Shown here: positions 12,718 through 26,600 of the stretch, one piece after another | Numbering within the stretch: the stretch's first letter is position 1 | How the letters are laid out: each line of letters opens with the position of its first letter | From: Octopus vulgaris | Taxonomy: Eukaryota | Direction of reading: 5' to 3' | DNA: 64,000 nucleotides | Assembly: GCA_951406725.2 (NCBI GenBank) | Contig: OX597814.1 | Span: forward strand, 1,922,001 to 1,986,000 | Program-made: the position numbers and the translations under genes | The notes under the pieces: generated by a model | Seen by the model: the letters and a program-made list of their open reading frames with translations, nothing else | Databases searched by the model: none | Told to the model about the DNA's origin: nothing

Positions 12718-14045
12718 AATCAATCTTTTATTAGTCACCAATATATCACACTTCACGTTTATATACCGTTGAAAGGTATGATGCTGCGGTTTAGTCTGTC
12801 AGAAAATCTCTGTATAGACACTTTGTGTTAGGAACATTTTACATTGGCGCTAAAGGAACATCGTCGCAGCAGCTAGCAAGGAGGAATCCTAGACATGCTC
12901 TTCTCCACTAACAGTGAATAGGTTATTCCCTGGTTCCTATATACCAGAGGGAACAAATTTTTTCTTGGGCATATGAAAAGCGGGTACACGTCCTTTACAA
13001 GACCCAAGAAGGCCGAAACGTGTCCGACGTCATCGTGAGTCGCTTCTGCGACAATGTTCGCATCGTTTCTCTAGCCATTGTATTTTTTTAACTCAAGTCT
13101 ATGAAGCGATTTTGTCGCTGACAAATCTCACACCATCATGTCTTGAAATAGTATAAATGAATCAAGCCCGGTACACAGATGGTTGCTTCAATTAAATGCT
13201 GTTTCAGTTGCGTTCACCGAGCTCCTATAATGTTTAATTCTTGGAAAGGTTGGAGTAACTTCTGAAACTAAGACTAGTTCATTCAGTTTTTAGTCTATGG
13301 CTAAAGGCAAAACGTTTGTTTATGGATTTCGATTCCAAAGAAATAATTTTAATTGATTGATAACGAAGCTTAAACCACTAAAGTTATGTAAGTATAGAAA
13401 ATATATTCACAAGGGAACAAACGATTTAGGAATGAGCAAATATATTTTGTGAGATTAGAATTGAATAATAAACGAATAAGTAGCGTTAAAGTGAAAGGAA
13501 TTGGTGTGTTTTCAGATTATAAAAAATTTAGTTAAATTAATGTAAATGTGGAAAATAATAGAAACTAGGATAGGAGAATTTAGATATCATAAGAATATTA
13601 AGGTGGATTAGTTGAAGTAAAAGCAGATTAGGAAAAATACCAATAAAGCATCGTATTCATTGGAAAAGAAATTTATAATTATCAGGATAATAATATTAGC
13701 TTAGTTTAGCTTACCAAAGTATATGAGTGAAAAGGCCAATTTAGGTTAAACGATAACGGTATTCGTTAAATTGAGTGTATCAAAATATAGAGTAAGCAAA
13801 GAAACAAGGGAAGCAGAAGAGAGAAGAATGGTTAGATGCCATACGAGTGTAATGCGGTAAGACTACTACGCGGCTAGAGTTAAAGAACACGTGACGTGTT
13901 GTAGTATTTGTTAAGTTGTGGGTAGTAGGTGAACTTTCGATTCTGAGAACGGATGATTAGATATATTTTGTATGATTCTAGGCAGAATAGAAGAATGCAG
14001 AAATAGCAAACATTGGAATATAGGATGTTAATAAAATGCATTTTT

Positions 14046-14473
14046 CTTTTCTTTTTACGCGTTTCAGTCATTTGAGTGCGGACATGCTGGAGCACAGCCT
14101 TTAGTCGAAAAAATCGACCCCAGGACTTATTCTTTGTATAACTGTAGTATTTATTCTATCGGGTTCTTTTGCCAAACTGCTAAGTTTCGGAAACATAAAC
14201 ACACCAACATAGGTTGTCAAGCGATGGTGGAGGAGGGGAACAAACACAGACACAAAGACACACATATAAATATATACATATATACATACATACATACAGA
14301 CATATATATAGGTCGGGCTTCTTTCAGTTTCCATCTGCCAAATCCACTCACAAGGCTTTGATCAGCCCGAGACTATAGTAGAAGATACTTGCTTAAGGTG
14401 CCACGCAGTGGGACTGAACCTAGACTCACGTGGTTGGGAACCAAGCTTCTTACCATTCAGCCACTCCTGTGCC
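14046..14473 (-). mobile_element. SINE family C, full length
   Basis: Reverse complement of the tail (GTTTCAGTCATTTGA) and head (CAGCCACTCCTGTGCC). Confidence 0.85.
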
Positions 14474-14527
14474 TTACAAAAACAAACAAACAAAATTATG
14501 CATTTTATTAACCTCATATATTTCAAG

Positions 14528-14846
14528 GGAAAGCGCATGGCTTAGTGTCTAGAGTGGTCGGCTCTCGACCGTAAGGTCACGATTTTGATTCCCAGCAGCA
14601 CGCTGTGTCCTTGAGCAAGGCACTTTACGCCTCGTTGCTCCAGTCCCACTCAGCTGGCAATAATGAGTTCCACCAGTAAATCAAAAAGTCAACCTTTTCA
14701 CGTTGTGTGTCATGTTGAATCGCCCTAGGTAAAGGGTACGCGTTTCTGTGGAGTGCTCAGCCACTTGCACATGAATTTTCACGAGCAAATCTATTCAGTT
14801 GGTTGGATCGACTGGAACACTCGTCGTCGTAACCGACGGAGTGCCA
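14528..14846 (+). mobile_element. Diverged SINE family B
   Basis: tRNA-like head and the shared tail CTCGTCGTCGTAACCGACGGAGTGCC. Confidence 0.75.
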
Positions 14847-15169
14847 GAATAGAAACCATAGCAGAAATATGTATTTGATCTTACGAACGATAAGAAAACG
14901 AATCTACGTGCGAACCTGTGGTGAGATAATCGGAAAAAGCTTAACCGAGACAAGTTAACTGTTTCAGAGACAGAAGATGAGTAATAAATAAGGAAAGGAA
15001 ATAGCAGCGACAAGAATGAAATATATATACATACATATACATTCACCCATCCGTTCACCCACTCATTCACCCATCTATCTGTCTGTTTGTCTATCTTGTG
15101 TCTGTCCATTCAGCTATTCACGTATTTGTCTGTCTGTCTGTCTGTCTGTCTATTAATCTTCATACAAAA

Positions 15170-15900
15170 CAGTATTATAGAACCATTTCAACCGATGTTA
15201 CCAATCAGTGTCGCGCAGAAATTAGGAAATTATGAGACAAGCTAAGATAGCGCTCGTCAGATGGGTTGGTATGGAAAGTATGGTGACAGATCTCTCCCAT
15301 GGGAGCTCCTAAGTCGGTGTCCCTTCCAGTTTGTGGGTGCTTTTAAAAATGAAAAGAAAAGAAAGGAAGAAAGCCGTAAGAAAGTTCAGAGGGAAATTCA
15401 TCGGAAGCTATGAACCTTGTCCAAGGATCCTGAGTGAAGGGCAATTTCCTGCAAAGTGTTGTTTAGCTGTGGGCGGTGTAGGTATGATAAGTGTGCAGAG
15501 GTGTTGGGAGAAGAGGATAGAATGGACGTCCAGTCTTAATCCAATGTTGAGAATAGTAAACAGAGCTGAACTCACTGGCTGTGGTGGTAGGAATTAGTAC
15601 TGGTGGAAGTCTAACGTTTATAATCATGCTGCACTCCACAATTAGACAACAACATATTTTCTGTCATGTGAGCATCAACGGAAAACATTGTTTTTGTAGT
15701 TTAAGTATATATCCGGGTGGTTAACGGTGTAGAAAAAGTTGTAAAAATTGATACGACTTAAATTTTCTGTGAACGAGGTTCGCAAATTTCTCTGAATGTC
15801 AGTTGGGTATTAGGGTTTTAGTAAAATGGATGCGGTAATGCTCCATGGCCCAAAGATACTAGTGAGGTTGTTATTTCCCTGAAATACGCCTAGCCTCGTT
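15170..15900 (-). mobile_element. Degraded Penelope-like element 3' region with a hammerhead remnant
   Basis: Minus strand: ccat-CTGACGA-GCGC...GCGC-GACA-c at 15200-15264. Upstream GIY-YIG similarity is weak (IKTGRPF). Confidence 0.4.
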
Positions 15901-16616
15901 TATTACTGATTCATTCATCACTAATCCTGCATAACATAGTGTCTTAACACGTTTATCACTAGTTGATCTGTAATAACACGGCTGGCGATCGGTTAAAGAT
16001 ATTTTTTGGCTTACAAAAGCACCCCCAGCGACTGTCCACAATTCTCAGGACAACGTTGAGACTCGGAACAAAATCTACTTCCCCCATATACCCGTGATAA
16101 ACAAGCATAGATAACAGAGTATCGAAGTATCTTTTAACGATGAAATATATGAGCCAAAGGATTTTACTAACTTTTCGTTATTCTTAGGAACATAAATTAT
16201 GTTAGTAAAACCTCGATTTAAATGGGTTTGAGGTCATACCAACATAAACTTGTCAGTTGTCGTTCGTATTACCTAAACTTTAAGAATACAATATCCCTAG
16301 TGACACAATTAAATACTAGCGCGCATTTGCCCAAATGTTTGTGAGTTATTGCTTTTGTGAGATTGGTATGTTTAGAGCAGCCGATAATGGTCAATGATTG
16401 AAGTTCGCGTTAAAATAATTGTAATATCTTTCGTTAAAGCTCTCGTTAAAGTATTTATAAATTCAGGTGAATGTGTAATGTGGAGTAAGGAACACTGAGA
16501 AGACTTCGGCAATGATCTTGCGACTATAAAACTGAAAAGAGGTGAATGGAGGGTAAATTTTTAAAAATTCTTATTCTCTTTCGCAGAAGGAATGTAATGT
16601 TATCTAATAGATTTAA

Positions 16617-16725
<109 letters not shown>

Positions 16726-16726
16726 C

Positions 16727-16780
<54 letters not shown>

Positions 16781-17351
16781 GTTTGTCTGTCTGTCTGCCT
16801 GCCTTCCCGTCTGTCTGTCTGCTTGACTGTCTGTCTGTCGACCTACACGAAGGCGGTGTGCTGGTAGAATCGTTAGCGCGCCATGTACCTTTAAGTTCGT
16901 CTTTACGTTCTGAGTTCAAATTCCACCGTATGTGTGTGTGTAATATGCGTGTGTGTGTGTGTGTGTGTGCATATATATCTAAATACATATAATTGTTTGG
17001 TTGAATAATTAATTGGTAAATTATTCTACGCTCTTTGACACACACACACACATTCTGAGCATTCAAACGACTCTCTGACTGCTTGTGTTAATCTTTTAGT
17101 CTTTAGGTGTCTATCTCCCCGATATCTATGAGTATATTTGGATGTATATGAGTGTACATGCGCGTGTGTGTGTGCGTGTATGTATGCTTCTGTATGTATA
17201 TATGTACGTATATATGTATGTATGTATGTATGTATATACATGTGTGTAAATTTATTAACGTGGGTGCGAAGCCATGAATAGAAGTCGTTTATGCTATTTC
17301 CGTTTGTTGGGATATGTAACTCCTTCGCATTTCAATTACGTAGCTATGCAT

Positions 17352-17388
<37 letters not shown>

Positions 17389-17397
17389 AACATATGT

Positions 17398-17438
<41 letters not shown>

Positions 17439-17690
17439 AACATATGTACACACACAAACATATACACACATTTACACCCACACAAACATATACATATCAA
17501 AGGCGCTATGTTCTTCTAATTTCCTTCATAAAGAGGTGTATATCATCCTGTAATTATACACAAAATTCATGTAATATATACACACATTCATATACGGTTC
17601 GCGTGCACGCACACACATATATACACATGAATGGCCATATATACGGAGAAATGAAGATTACAGAGGTGTGGCCGATATCTATCTATCTAT

Positions 17691-17849
17691 CTTTTTTGTC
17701 CTCTTTCTCTCCTTTTACGATCCCTTTTGATCGAAACTCCCCCTTCCCCTTTTTTTTTTTTTTTTTTTTTTTTTAAACCTTCAAAAGAAAAGCTCTACCT
17801 TGTAATTTGCTCTATCTGTGTGCAGCCCTGTGTGGCTAATAAAGAAACA

Positions 17850-17851
<2 letters not shown>
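17691..17851 (+). mobile_element. 5'-truncated Tx1/L1-like LINE 3' UTR
   Basis: Nearly identical to about 63625-63780; flanked on both sides by (ATCT)n. Confidence 0.85.
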
Positions 17852-17880
<29 letters not shown>

Positions 17881-18050
17881 ACATACATACATACATACAT
17901 ACATACATACATACATACATACATACGTACATACATACATACATACATACATACATACATACATACATACATACATACATACATACATACATACATACAT
18001 ACATACATACGTACATGCATCCAAACAAAGATACATACATACATATATAT

Positions 18051-18640
18051 ATCAGGCTGAGTAAAAAGTAAGCAACGTTTTGAAACATGAAATTCATCAC
18101 AATATATTCCAACAATGCAAAAATTTTATTCATTTAAGTAAGTACCATTACAATCTAAGTACCATTACAATCTAAGTACCATTACAATCAACCCATTTTT
18201 GCCAACGAGTTACAAGTTTCATCCCAGTAACTTAAAAATCTAGAGTTCTGGAGCTGATGAACTCTTTGATTGCACTTTCAGCATTGGTTTGATTTTTGAA
18301 TTCCTTCTCTCGCAGGAAACCATCAAGGTGCTTCAAAAAGTGGTAGTCTATAGCAGAAAGGTCTGGGGAATAACTGAGTCGGGAAGAAATTTGTAGCCAA
18401 GTTCCCTCAACTTTTAGAGTGTTATCAATGAAACGTGTGGTCAAGTATTGTCATGAAGAATGATTGGCCCTCTTCTGTTGACCAGTCTGAGAGAGATGAG
18501 TAGCAGGTCTTTGTTCATTTTGGCAATGTCATGGCAATATGATTCTGCAGTAATAGTTTGTCTGGGTTTTTAAGAAGTTATAGTGGACTAGTCCAGCAGC
18601 ACACCACCAATCATTCACCATAACCTTCCTTTTGAAGAGC
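18051..18640 (-). mobile_element. Mariner transposon 3' fragment (pseudogene)
   Basis: YSPDLSAIDYHFLKHLDGFL motif (YSPDLAPxD catalytic region). TIR-like end TATCAGGCTGAGTAAAAAGTAAGC. Confidence 0.85.
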
Positions 18641-19024
18641 TCTAAATAGCTTGGCGGAATATAAAACCAATAACAGAATGACTTTAATCGTCTCTAACTG
18701 TGACAGACGAAATAACCGCCACGAACGATTCCAGAGAACACTGGACTTGATTAGTTTCGCCTATCAGTCGCTGACTCATCAATAGCGACTACTCAATGCC
18801 ATGAAATTATATGGCAAATATACATTTAAAGACAGTCCGATTTAACCAAACCATGGAGCGATTGAGTAGTCACTACTGACGAGCCTACGACTGATAGGCG
18901 AAGCTAGTTTGGTCCAGTGATCTGTAGAATATTGATGCAATATAGGGACTTCGGCAGCCTAAGTCAGAAAGAGTGACGATTAAAGCTATCCTTGTTGGTT
19001 TTATGTTGCACCTAGCTATTTAGA
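18641..19024. mobile_element. Inverted-repeat insert with a hammerhead in each arm
   Basis: Arms about 18641-18812 and 18852-19024. Plus strand: acta-CTGACGA-GCCTA cgactga TAGGC-GAAG-ctag-TTtggt (18872-18913). Minus strand: TTGATGA...TAGGC-GAAAC. Confidence 0.75.
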
Positions 19025-19329
19025 TTAATTTATATATATATATATTATTAATAATAATAATTTTACCGAGTAGTCAGTACGTTAAGAAACATTTTTAGGT
19101 AAGTTATACATTCTATTCTATAATTATTTACGTAATTATATATATAGTTATATACATAATCGAATTGATTCATCATTTTCCCTTTTGCCTACATTCAAAA
19201 AAGTATGATATTTTCTTTCTCTGGGTTTTTGTGGTACTAGTTGAAAAGACATTAGCGTCTATTTCTAATTCTGTGCGTGGCGAGGCAATTAGCCGACCCC
19301 TCATTATAATTATTAATATAATTATAGAA

Positions 19330-19387
<58 letters not shown>

Positions 19388-19399
19388 GGCATATGTGTG

Positions 19400-19630
19400 T
19401 GTATGTGTGTGTGTATGCTTGTGTATCAGTGTTCGTCCCCCTCTCCACCATCGCTTGACAACCGATGTTGATGTGTTTATGTCCCAGTTACTTAGCGGTG
19501 CGACGAAAGAGAGCGAGAGAATAAGTACTAGGCTTACAAAGAATAAGTCCTGGGGTCGATTTGCTCAACTAAAGGCGGTGCTCCAGCATGGCCGCAGTCA
19601 AATGACTGAAACAAGTAAAAGAATAAAAGA
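19400..19630 (+). mobile_element. SINE family C 3' half
   Basis: CATCGCTTGACAACCGATG...TGACTGAAACAAGTAAAAG. Confidence 0.85.
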
Positions 19631-19849
19631 ATTAAAGAATATACATAAATGAAAAAAGAAAAACAAATACGTATATGTATGTGTGTGTGTATGTGTGTGT
19701 GAGTATGTGTATGTGTGTGTATGCATTATTGTGTACGTTTCATTGTGTCTTCAGTTCTGTATACGATGCTGTGTGTATGGCAATATAGCTCTGACCATGC
19801 CTTTCTATAGATCTGTGTCTGTGTACTTTTAGCACTGCTTTCTATATTG

Positions 19850-19868
19850 ATATGCACATATATATGCA

Positions 19869-19912
<44 letters not shown>

Positions 19913-19934
19913 CATATATGTTCATATATATTCA

Positions 19935-19985
<51 letters not shown>

Positions 19986-20597
19986 CTTTACATCTATATC
20001 TATATATAAATATAAATATATACATTATACATGTATAAATATATATATATACATATATTTATATACGTATTTATATGTATATATATATATATCTTTAAAT
20101 CTATATCAATATATAAATATGAATATATACATTAAATATATATACATATATATGCATATATATATATATATACGCACATACACAGATGTAAATATGTGTG
20201 TGTGCGTATATGCGTATGTCTATGTATGTGTATTTATTTATACGTATATATGTATGCATAATATATCTACACACACACACACATACATATGTGTGTATGC
20301 GTGTGTAAGAATAAATACTTACACATGCATACACACTCTCGCACACAGGAATATATGTGTATATACAATCTGTGTGCGCGTGTGTGTGTATGAGTAAGTG
20401 TGTGAGTTTACATTTATATATATATATATACATATATGTCCGTGTATGTATATACTGATATATAAGTACACACACACACATACACATACACATACACACA
20501 CATACACATACACATACACACACATATACATGTGATTGTATACTTTTACATGTAACTGTATGTGTGCGTGTGTGTGTGTCTGCACGTGTGTGTGTGT

Positions 20598-20634
<37 letters not shown>

Positions 20635-20642
20635 TGTGTGTG
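19850..20642. repeat. Degenerate (TA)/(TG)/(CA) low-complexity tract
   Basis: Direct reading. Confidence 0.9.
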
Positions 20643-21154
20643 ACTATGTAATTAATTCTTGATTGAGTTGTAGTCACCGAACTCTTAAAACAAGTGGCAA
20701 AACTCCTGGGAAAAAACGGCAGCGGACAGAGGGATGTCTGTGTGTCATCTGACGAAATACGGCGTGGAGGAGGGTTAGACGGTGGGGAGGCGGGTTAGGG
20801 CAGACCATATGGGTGGGGTTGGGGTAGGCCGTGGTTGTGGTGGTGGTTAGGGCGTGGTGGTGAGGGGTAAAGGTGAGCCCAAGATTAAGACAGAAGTGAG
20901 TGTTACTGCAGGAACTGTCATGGAAGGGGGTTTGTGCGGTGGGGGTGGGCATGGTGCCGGGCCAAGCAGCTGGAAGGGGTGAGTGTGTGTGTGTGTAGAG
21001 GAGGATGGTGAGGTGCTTGGTTGTGGGGCGGGGGCGGCGTCGTGAATAGGAAACTGGTAAGACAGAGAAACCTGTGTTTTTAGCAGTGTGGGAGAATATG
21101 GTTCCCAGGCTAGACACTCTGGCTTGTATTGGGGTGGCCATTGTTGTCTATACG

Positions 21155-21294
21155 GTGATGGTGATGATGATGGTGCTGCTGCTGTTGGCAGTGGTGCTGA
21201 TGACGACGATGGTGATGATGATGGTGATGACGAGGTTAATGAGGATGATGATGATGATGATAAATTTGGTTTAGTCACGATGAGGAATATCTAT

Positions 21295-21369
<75 letters not shown>

Positions 21370-21370
21370 A

Positions 21371-21461
<91 letters not shown>

Positions 21462-21608
21462 GTTATCAATCTATCTAACTCTCTTCCTTTCTGCCTGTCT
21501 GTCTGTCTATCTATCTACCTCTGTTTGTCTGTCTATGTATGTATGTATGTATGTATGTATGCATCTATCTATCTATCTACCTATCTTCCCATCTATCTGT
21601 CTGTCTGT

Positions 21609-21705
<97 letters not shown>
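21155..21705. repeat. (GAT)n followed by (TCTA)n microsatellites
   Basis: Direct reading. Confidence 0.9.
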
Positions 21706-22394
21706 ACTCTCCTCTAAACTTTGATTTCCCTCACTGATACAAAACCTCAACATTGATCACAAAAGTACATGTTATTATATCGATCTCGATATTTGACGAC
21801 TGCTACATTATTTAGTCCCAGTTTCTTTTATACATAATATTCAAAAGCTTGATTTTAGATAAAAGCATCAAAATTGTGGGCCATGGGTGTATAGTATTTT
21901 ACATTCACTCCAGTCGTTTGATTATGCCAATCGTAACACTTCATACAACTGTTTCCCATTTCTTCACACAGTTCTTGGTATTTTCATTAAACTCTGCAAG
22001 GGCTTTTGCGCGGCAAGGGTTGTTTAGTCGACGGCAGCCAAGGCACTGTTCATAATACGGTCTGCTTCTCTACATCTGCGAGTGGCTAAACAAGTCTTCT
22101 AGCCTCTTCTGACCAAAGCAAATTGTGATTGTCCTGTTCTTCTCAGGTGTTTGAATGTCCTCCATTGAAGTCACGGTGCTCCTCAGGTAGGAGGGGTGGG
22201 GTCAAGAGCTGTAGTGGGATTTCAATATCCTTTGGAGCAGTTTTCAGGTTTTTCCCTCCAGAGGTAAAGTCTAGTTTGTGAGGAGCTGGATATGATTGAG
22301 AAACAATTCATCTTGCCTTCGGCCCTTGGACCGCGAGACGGCGTCCACGGAATTGACTGGTACTTTATTTTCTCCAAGAATGAAACTGAAATTT

Positions 22395-23102
22395 CGTGCT
22401 GGACTAAATATGGCTAATCTATGGTTCCTTTATGTAGATTACTAAAGAATACTCACTTCGGAAGAATGTGTAGGAAGAGGGTCAAAAGCGTGACTCAACA
22501 TTGTGAAAGTCTTGCACAGAAAGAGTACATGCGCAGACACGACAATGTAGCCCCAAACCTTCACTGGCTACTATGCCGGAAGTATGGATACGAGGTAACG
22601 AGAGTTTTGTACCAACATACACCGGAAAAAGTAATGGACGAAAAGGAGAAGGCAAATATCCTCTTGGACTTCCAGACTGACAAGGTGTTAGAAACACCGA
22701 GGGCCAGAGATAGTAACCTTTAGGAGGGACAAACAAGAGGGCCTAACAATCGACGTGGCAGTGCCAGAAAATCAACATATTATTACAAAAGAAAGAGAAA
22801 AGAATGATAAACACGGAGGAGACCCGAGAATTGAGATCGCCAAGATCTGGCGGCTACGAGAGTCAAACATCGGAGCAGTGGGTTCAATACCACCCAGCCT
22901 GAAAAAATAGCTGGAATCTTTAGAAAAACACAGTAACTAGGTGTGTTGCAAAAATCGGCATTGCTTGGAACTGCAATGCATATTGCGTAAAGTAGTGTCT
23001 CTCTGAGCTCCCTGTTGTGACTTGAGAGACAGTGCAAACCCCCGGTACACACAATATCTTCAATCAACAATATCAGGATATTTGTTAATGTGTGACACCT
23101 TC
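22395..23102 (+). mobile_element. R4/Dong-like non-LTR retrotransposon 3' fragment (CCHC + restriction-like endonuclease), degraded
   Basis: CRL...SVTQHCESLAQKEYMRRHDNVA..LHWLLCRKYG; ends LQKSALLG; followed by (TAA)n. Confidence 0.8.
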
Positions 23103-23192
<90 letters not shown>

Positions 23193-23194
23193 GA

Positions 23195-23778
23195 TAAAGA
23201 ATGTAAGCGACGTCATGGCAATATAGCAAGGATTGTCCATTGGACATTTTGCAACAAGTATGGACTTGGCAGAGCAAAAAAGTAGCATGATAATACCCGA
23301 AGGCATCATTGAAAATGATAATGCAATGACCCTATTGGATTTTATGATTCAGTGCGACCATTAGATAGAGAATAGGAAGCCAGACATAGTCTTAATTGAG
23401 AAAGAAAGCAAACTATGCTGGATCATAGATATAGCATGCCCAGCTGATAACAAGGTATGCGATAAAGAAGAAAGAAAAATCGATAAATATGACAGGTTAG
23501 CTTGGGAAGTTAAGCAGTTGTGGTCGATGAAAAAGGTAGCAGTAGTACCAATAACTGTCGGAGCCCTGGGAAGAGAGAGTAAAAATCTAGAGAAGTGCAT
23601 GGAACAAAAAGGGGCTGCAATAAGGGTGGAGCACTTGCAGAAAACGGCACTGCTTGCTTGGAACCGCTCGAATACTCCGGAAGGTGTTCGAAAAATAAGT
23701 GTTACCTTAGCTCACTGGTAGTAAACAGCTGACACTGTAGTACATCTCCAGCGTTAGAAGCTTTGCAAAGACGATATA
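23195..23778 (+). mobile_element. R4/Dong-like LINE 3' fragment 2
   Basis: KRRHGNIARIVHWTFCNKYG, NRKPDIVLIEK..CWIIDIACP, LQKTALL; flanked by (TAA/CAA)n. Confidence 0.85.
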
Positions 23779-23815
23779 ACAACAACAACAACAATAATAA
23801 TAATGATAATAATAG

Positions 23816-24302
23816 TATGAGCAAACTCCAGAAGGAGTCACCGAAAATGAGAATTGCAAAATCCTGTAGGATGCAATGGTACAGTGCAATCACTCGACCA
23901 GACATTGTTGTGATGTATAAAAAAGAAAGAACTGCTATGGTAATCGACATAACATACCCCGGTGACAACAGGATCAATGTGAAAGAAGAAAGAAAAATAA
24001 ACAACTATGACGATTTAAAGCGGGAAATGCGAAGGTTGTGGTCAGTGGAGACAGTAGGTGTGATACCAATAGTGATTGGTGCAGTTGGAAGTATCAGCAC
24101 TCAACTACCAACATGGCTGAAAAAGATCGGTGCAAGTGTGAAGGTTGAACCCCTACAAAAATCAGCATTGCTTGGAACTGCAAGAATTCTTCTCAGGGTT
24201 CTTGAAGCATGACCAGTAAAACAAGTATCACCTTAGTCTTCTGGCTGTGGACAGCAGACACTTTCCATCATATCCAGCAAAATAAGCTGTGAGTTCTCAT
24301 AC
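23816..24302 (+). mobile_element. R4/Dong-like LINE 3' fragment 3
   Basis: RPDIVV...VIDITYPGD..KEERKINNYDDLK...LQKSALLGTARILLRVL (PD-(D/E)xK endonuclease); followed by a long (TAA)n. Confidence 0.88.
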
Positions 24303-24315
24303 AATAATAATAATG

Positions 24316-24448
<133 letters not shown>

Positions 24449-24928
24449 GTTTTGTCTTGGTATAAAAGATGGGCTACAGCAAATATTCTGCTCAATACCA
24501 CAGATTTGCTTGTCAGTTGTTTGACCTTAACCAGTTGAGCATGTCCCTTAGTGGCTGACGATATGTGCATCTCTGATCACGAGCAGAAGTAGTGGGGGAG
24601 CATCATAGCCATGTGTTGAGAGGGATTCTTTGGGGTTTGAATAATTCACCTCTGGAAACATGGGTGTTTCGTTCAACGTCCTTAAACAACCCTTATTCAG
24701 GGACCATTTGAGCAGGATGGGTTACTTGATCTGAAGAAAATTCTAACTGGGCTCCACCTGCAAGGTCATGTGCTGTTTATCTTGACATGAGATCACCATG
24801 TCGCGCACATATGGTTGTGATGCATGTGCCTGGTGTACCCTTATCAGACGGGTAGTCATGATGGGTATACTGGGCTTCGTATATTTTACCCCAGTGTCAC
24901 TTTGATGGCATGCTCTGCTCGCTCACTC
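24449..24928. mobile_element. Unclassified repeat inserted in (TAA)n
   Basis: Complex 480-bp sequence bounded on both sides by TAA repeats; no coding motif recognised. Confidence 0.5.
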
Positions 24929-24989
24929 AATAATAATAATAATAATAACAACAACAACAACAACTATAATAATAATAATAATAACAGTA

Positions 24990-25054
<65 letters not shown>

Positions 25055-25059
25055 AAAAT

Positions 25060-26580
25060 ATCAAAAGCGATATGGAAAAGAAAGACTAATACCTAGAGGT
25101 GGCTGAGGAAAAAATATCTGAAAGGATACATTGAGACATTCAGGAATAGGCTCTATGAGAACTAATTCCACCAAGTTCCAAATGGATAAGAGTAGTGAGT
25201 AGCTACTTGGTAGGATGTTTGGTAAGTGAGTTTAGCTAATTAGCTGAAAAGGTGTAGAAAAGGAGGCATGATGACGTAGCTAGGTATATTTATTGGAGCT
25301 TCTGTGAGAAGTACGGTCATGAAAAGTCATTGAAATGGTATAGAGCCTAAAGCAGAAAATGTCCCCGAGAATAAGATCTTATGAATTTTTATTGTCCAGT
25401 GTACTCAGAGGTTAATGCTCGGAGACCAGACATTGTTGTAGTTGACTAAATGATGGCGGTAACCAATTTCATAGGATATTCTTTTCTATTCTAGGTACTA
25501 GGCCCGAAGTTTTTTGGGAGAGGGGCCAGTCGATTAGATCGACCCCATTACGCAACTGGTACTTAATTTATCGACCACGAAAGGATGAAAGGCACAGTTG
25601 ACCTCAACGGAATTTGAACACAGAAGGTAAAGACAGACGAAATACCGCTAAGTTTTTCGTCAAGCGTGCTAACGATTCTGCCAGCTCACAGCCTTATAAT
25701 TATTCTTTTCTACTCTTGGCACAAGGCCCGAAATTTCTGGGGAGGGAGCCAGTTGATTAGATCGACCCCAGTAGGCAATTGGTACTTAATTTATCGAGGC
25801 GAGCTGGCAGAAACGTTAGCACGCCGGGCGAAATGCTTAGCGGTATTTCGTCTGCGTTACGTTGTGAGTTCAAATTCCGCCGAGGTCGACTTTGCCTTTC
25901 ATTCTTTCGGGGTCGATAAATTAAGTACTAGTTGAGTAGTGGGTTCGATCTAATCGACTTAATACCTATGTCTGTCCTAGTTTGTTTCCTCTGTGTTTAG
26001 CCCCTTGTGGGTAATAAAGAAATAGGTACTTAATTTATCGACCCCGAAAGGATGAAAGGCAAAGTCGACCTCGGCGGAGTTTGAACTCAGAATGTAAAGA
26101 TAGACGAAATACCGTTAAGCATTTCGCCCAGCAGGCTAACGTTTCTGCCAGCTCGCCGCTTGAATATTAGAGGATATTGCTATATCTTAAGATGTACAAG
26201 TTGATAATAAGGAATTGGAAAAGACAGATCGAGAAGTACAAGCCAGTAAAAGATTAGATTGCACAAATATGGGCAAAGAACCAAGTAACAGTCATCCAAG
26301 TATTTGTAGGGACATTTGGAGCATTAAGGAACAGGTTTGAGAAATTTGTTGGAGAAATTGAAATTAACATGAGGGTAGAACATGCTCAAAAAAGTGCTTT
26401 ATTGGGGACAGCAAGGATTTTGAGATTGGTTCTTGGGTGTTAAAGATGGTGGAAAGAGATCCTTCGTGTAAGAACCTTTGTCATGTCTGCTCTTACAAGA
26501 TTAGCGAAGCAGCAAGGAAAATCAAGAGCTCTAAGAATTGAAAGCAACATAGTATCTAGTGTTGCTCCCACTGTTGCTAG
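25060..26580 (+). mobile_element. R4/Dong-like LINE 3' fragment 4, split by SINEs
   Basis: RRHDDVARYI, RRPDIVVV before 25480; resumes at 26171 through to QKSALLGTARILRLVL. Confidence 0.75.
25481..26170. mobile_element. Nested SINE family A cluster (both orientations)
   Basis: Bounded by the 8-bp direct repeat AGGATATT (25473-25480 and 26171-26178). A plus-strand copy at 25797-26020 lies inside minus-strand copies. Confidence 0.85.
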
Positions 26581-26600
26581 TAACATTACAGTAACGATGT

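Noticed and set aside
18137-18189. 17-bp triple tandem repeat (AAGTACCATTACAATCT)
   Set aside because: Local slippage duplication inside a dead mariner.
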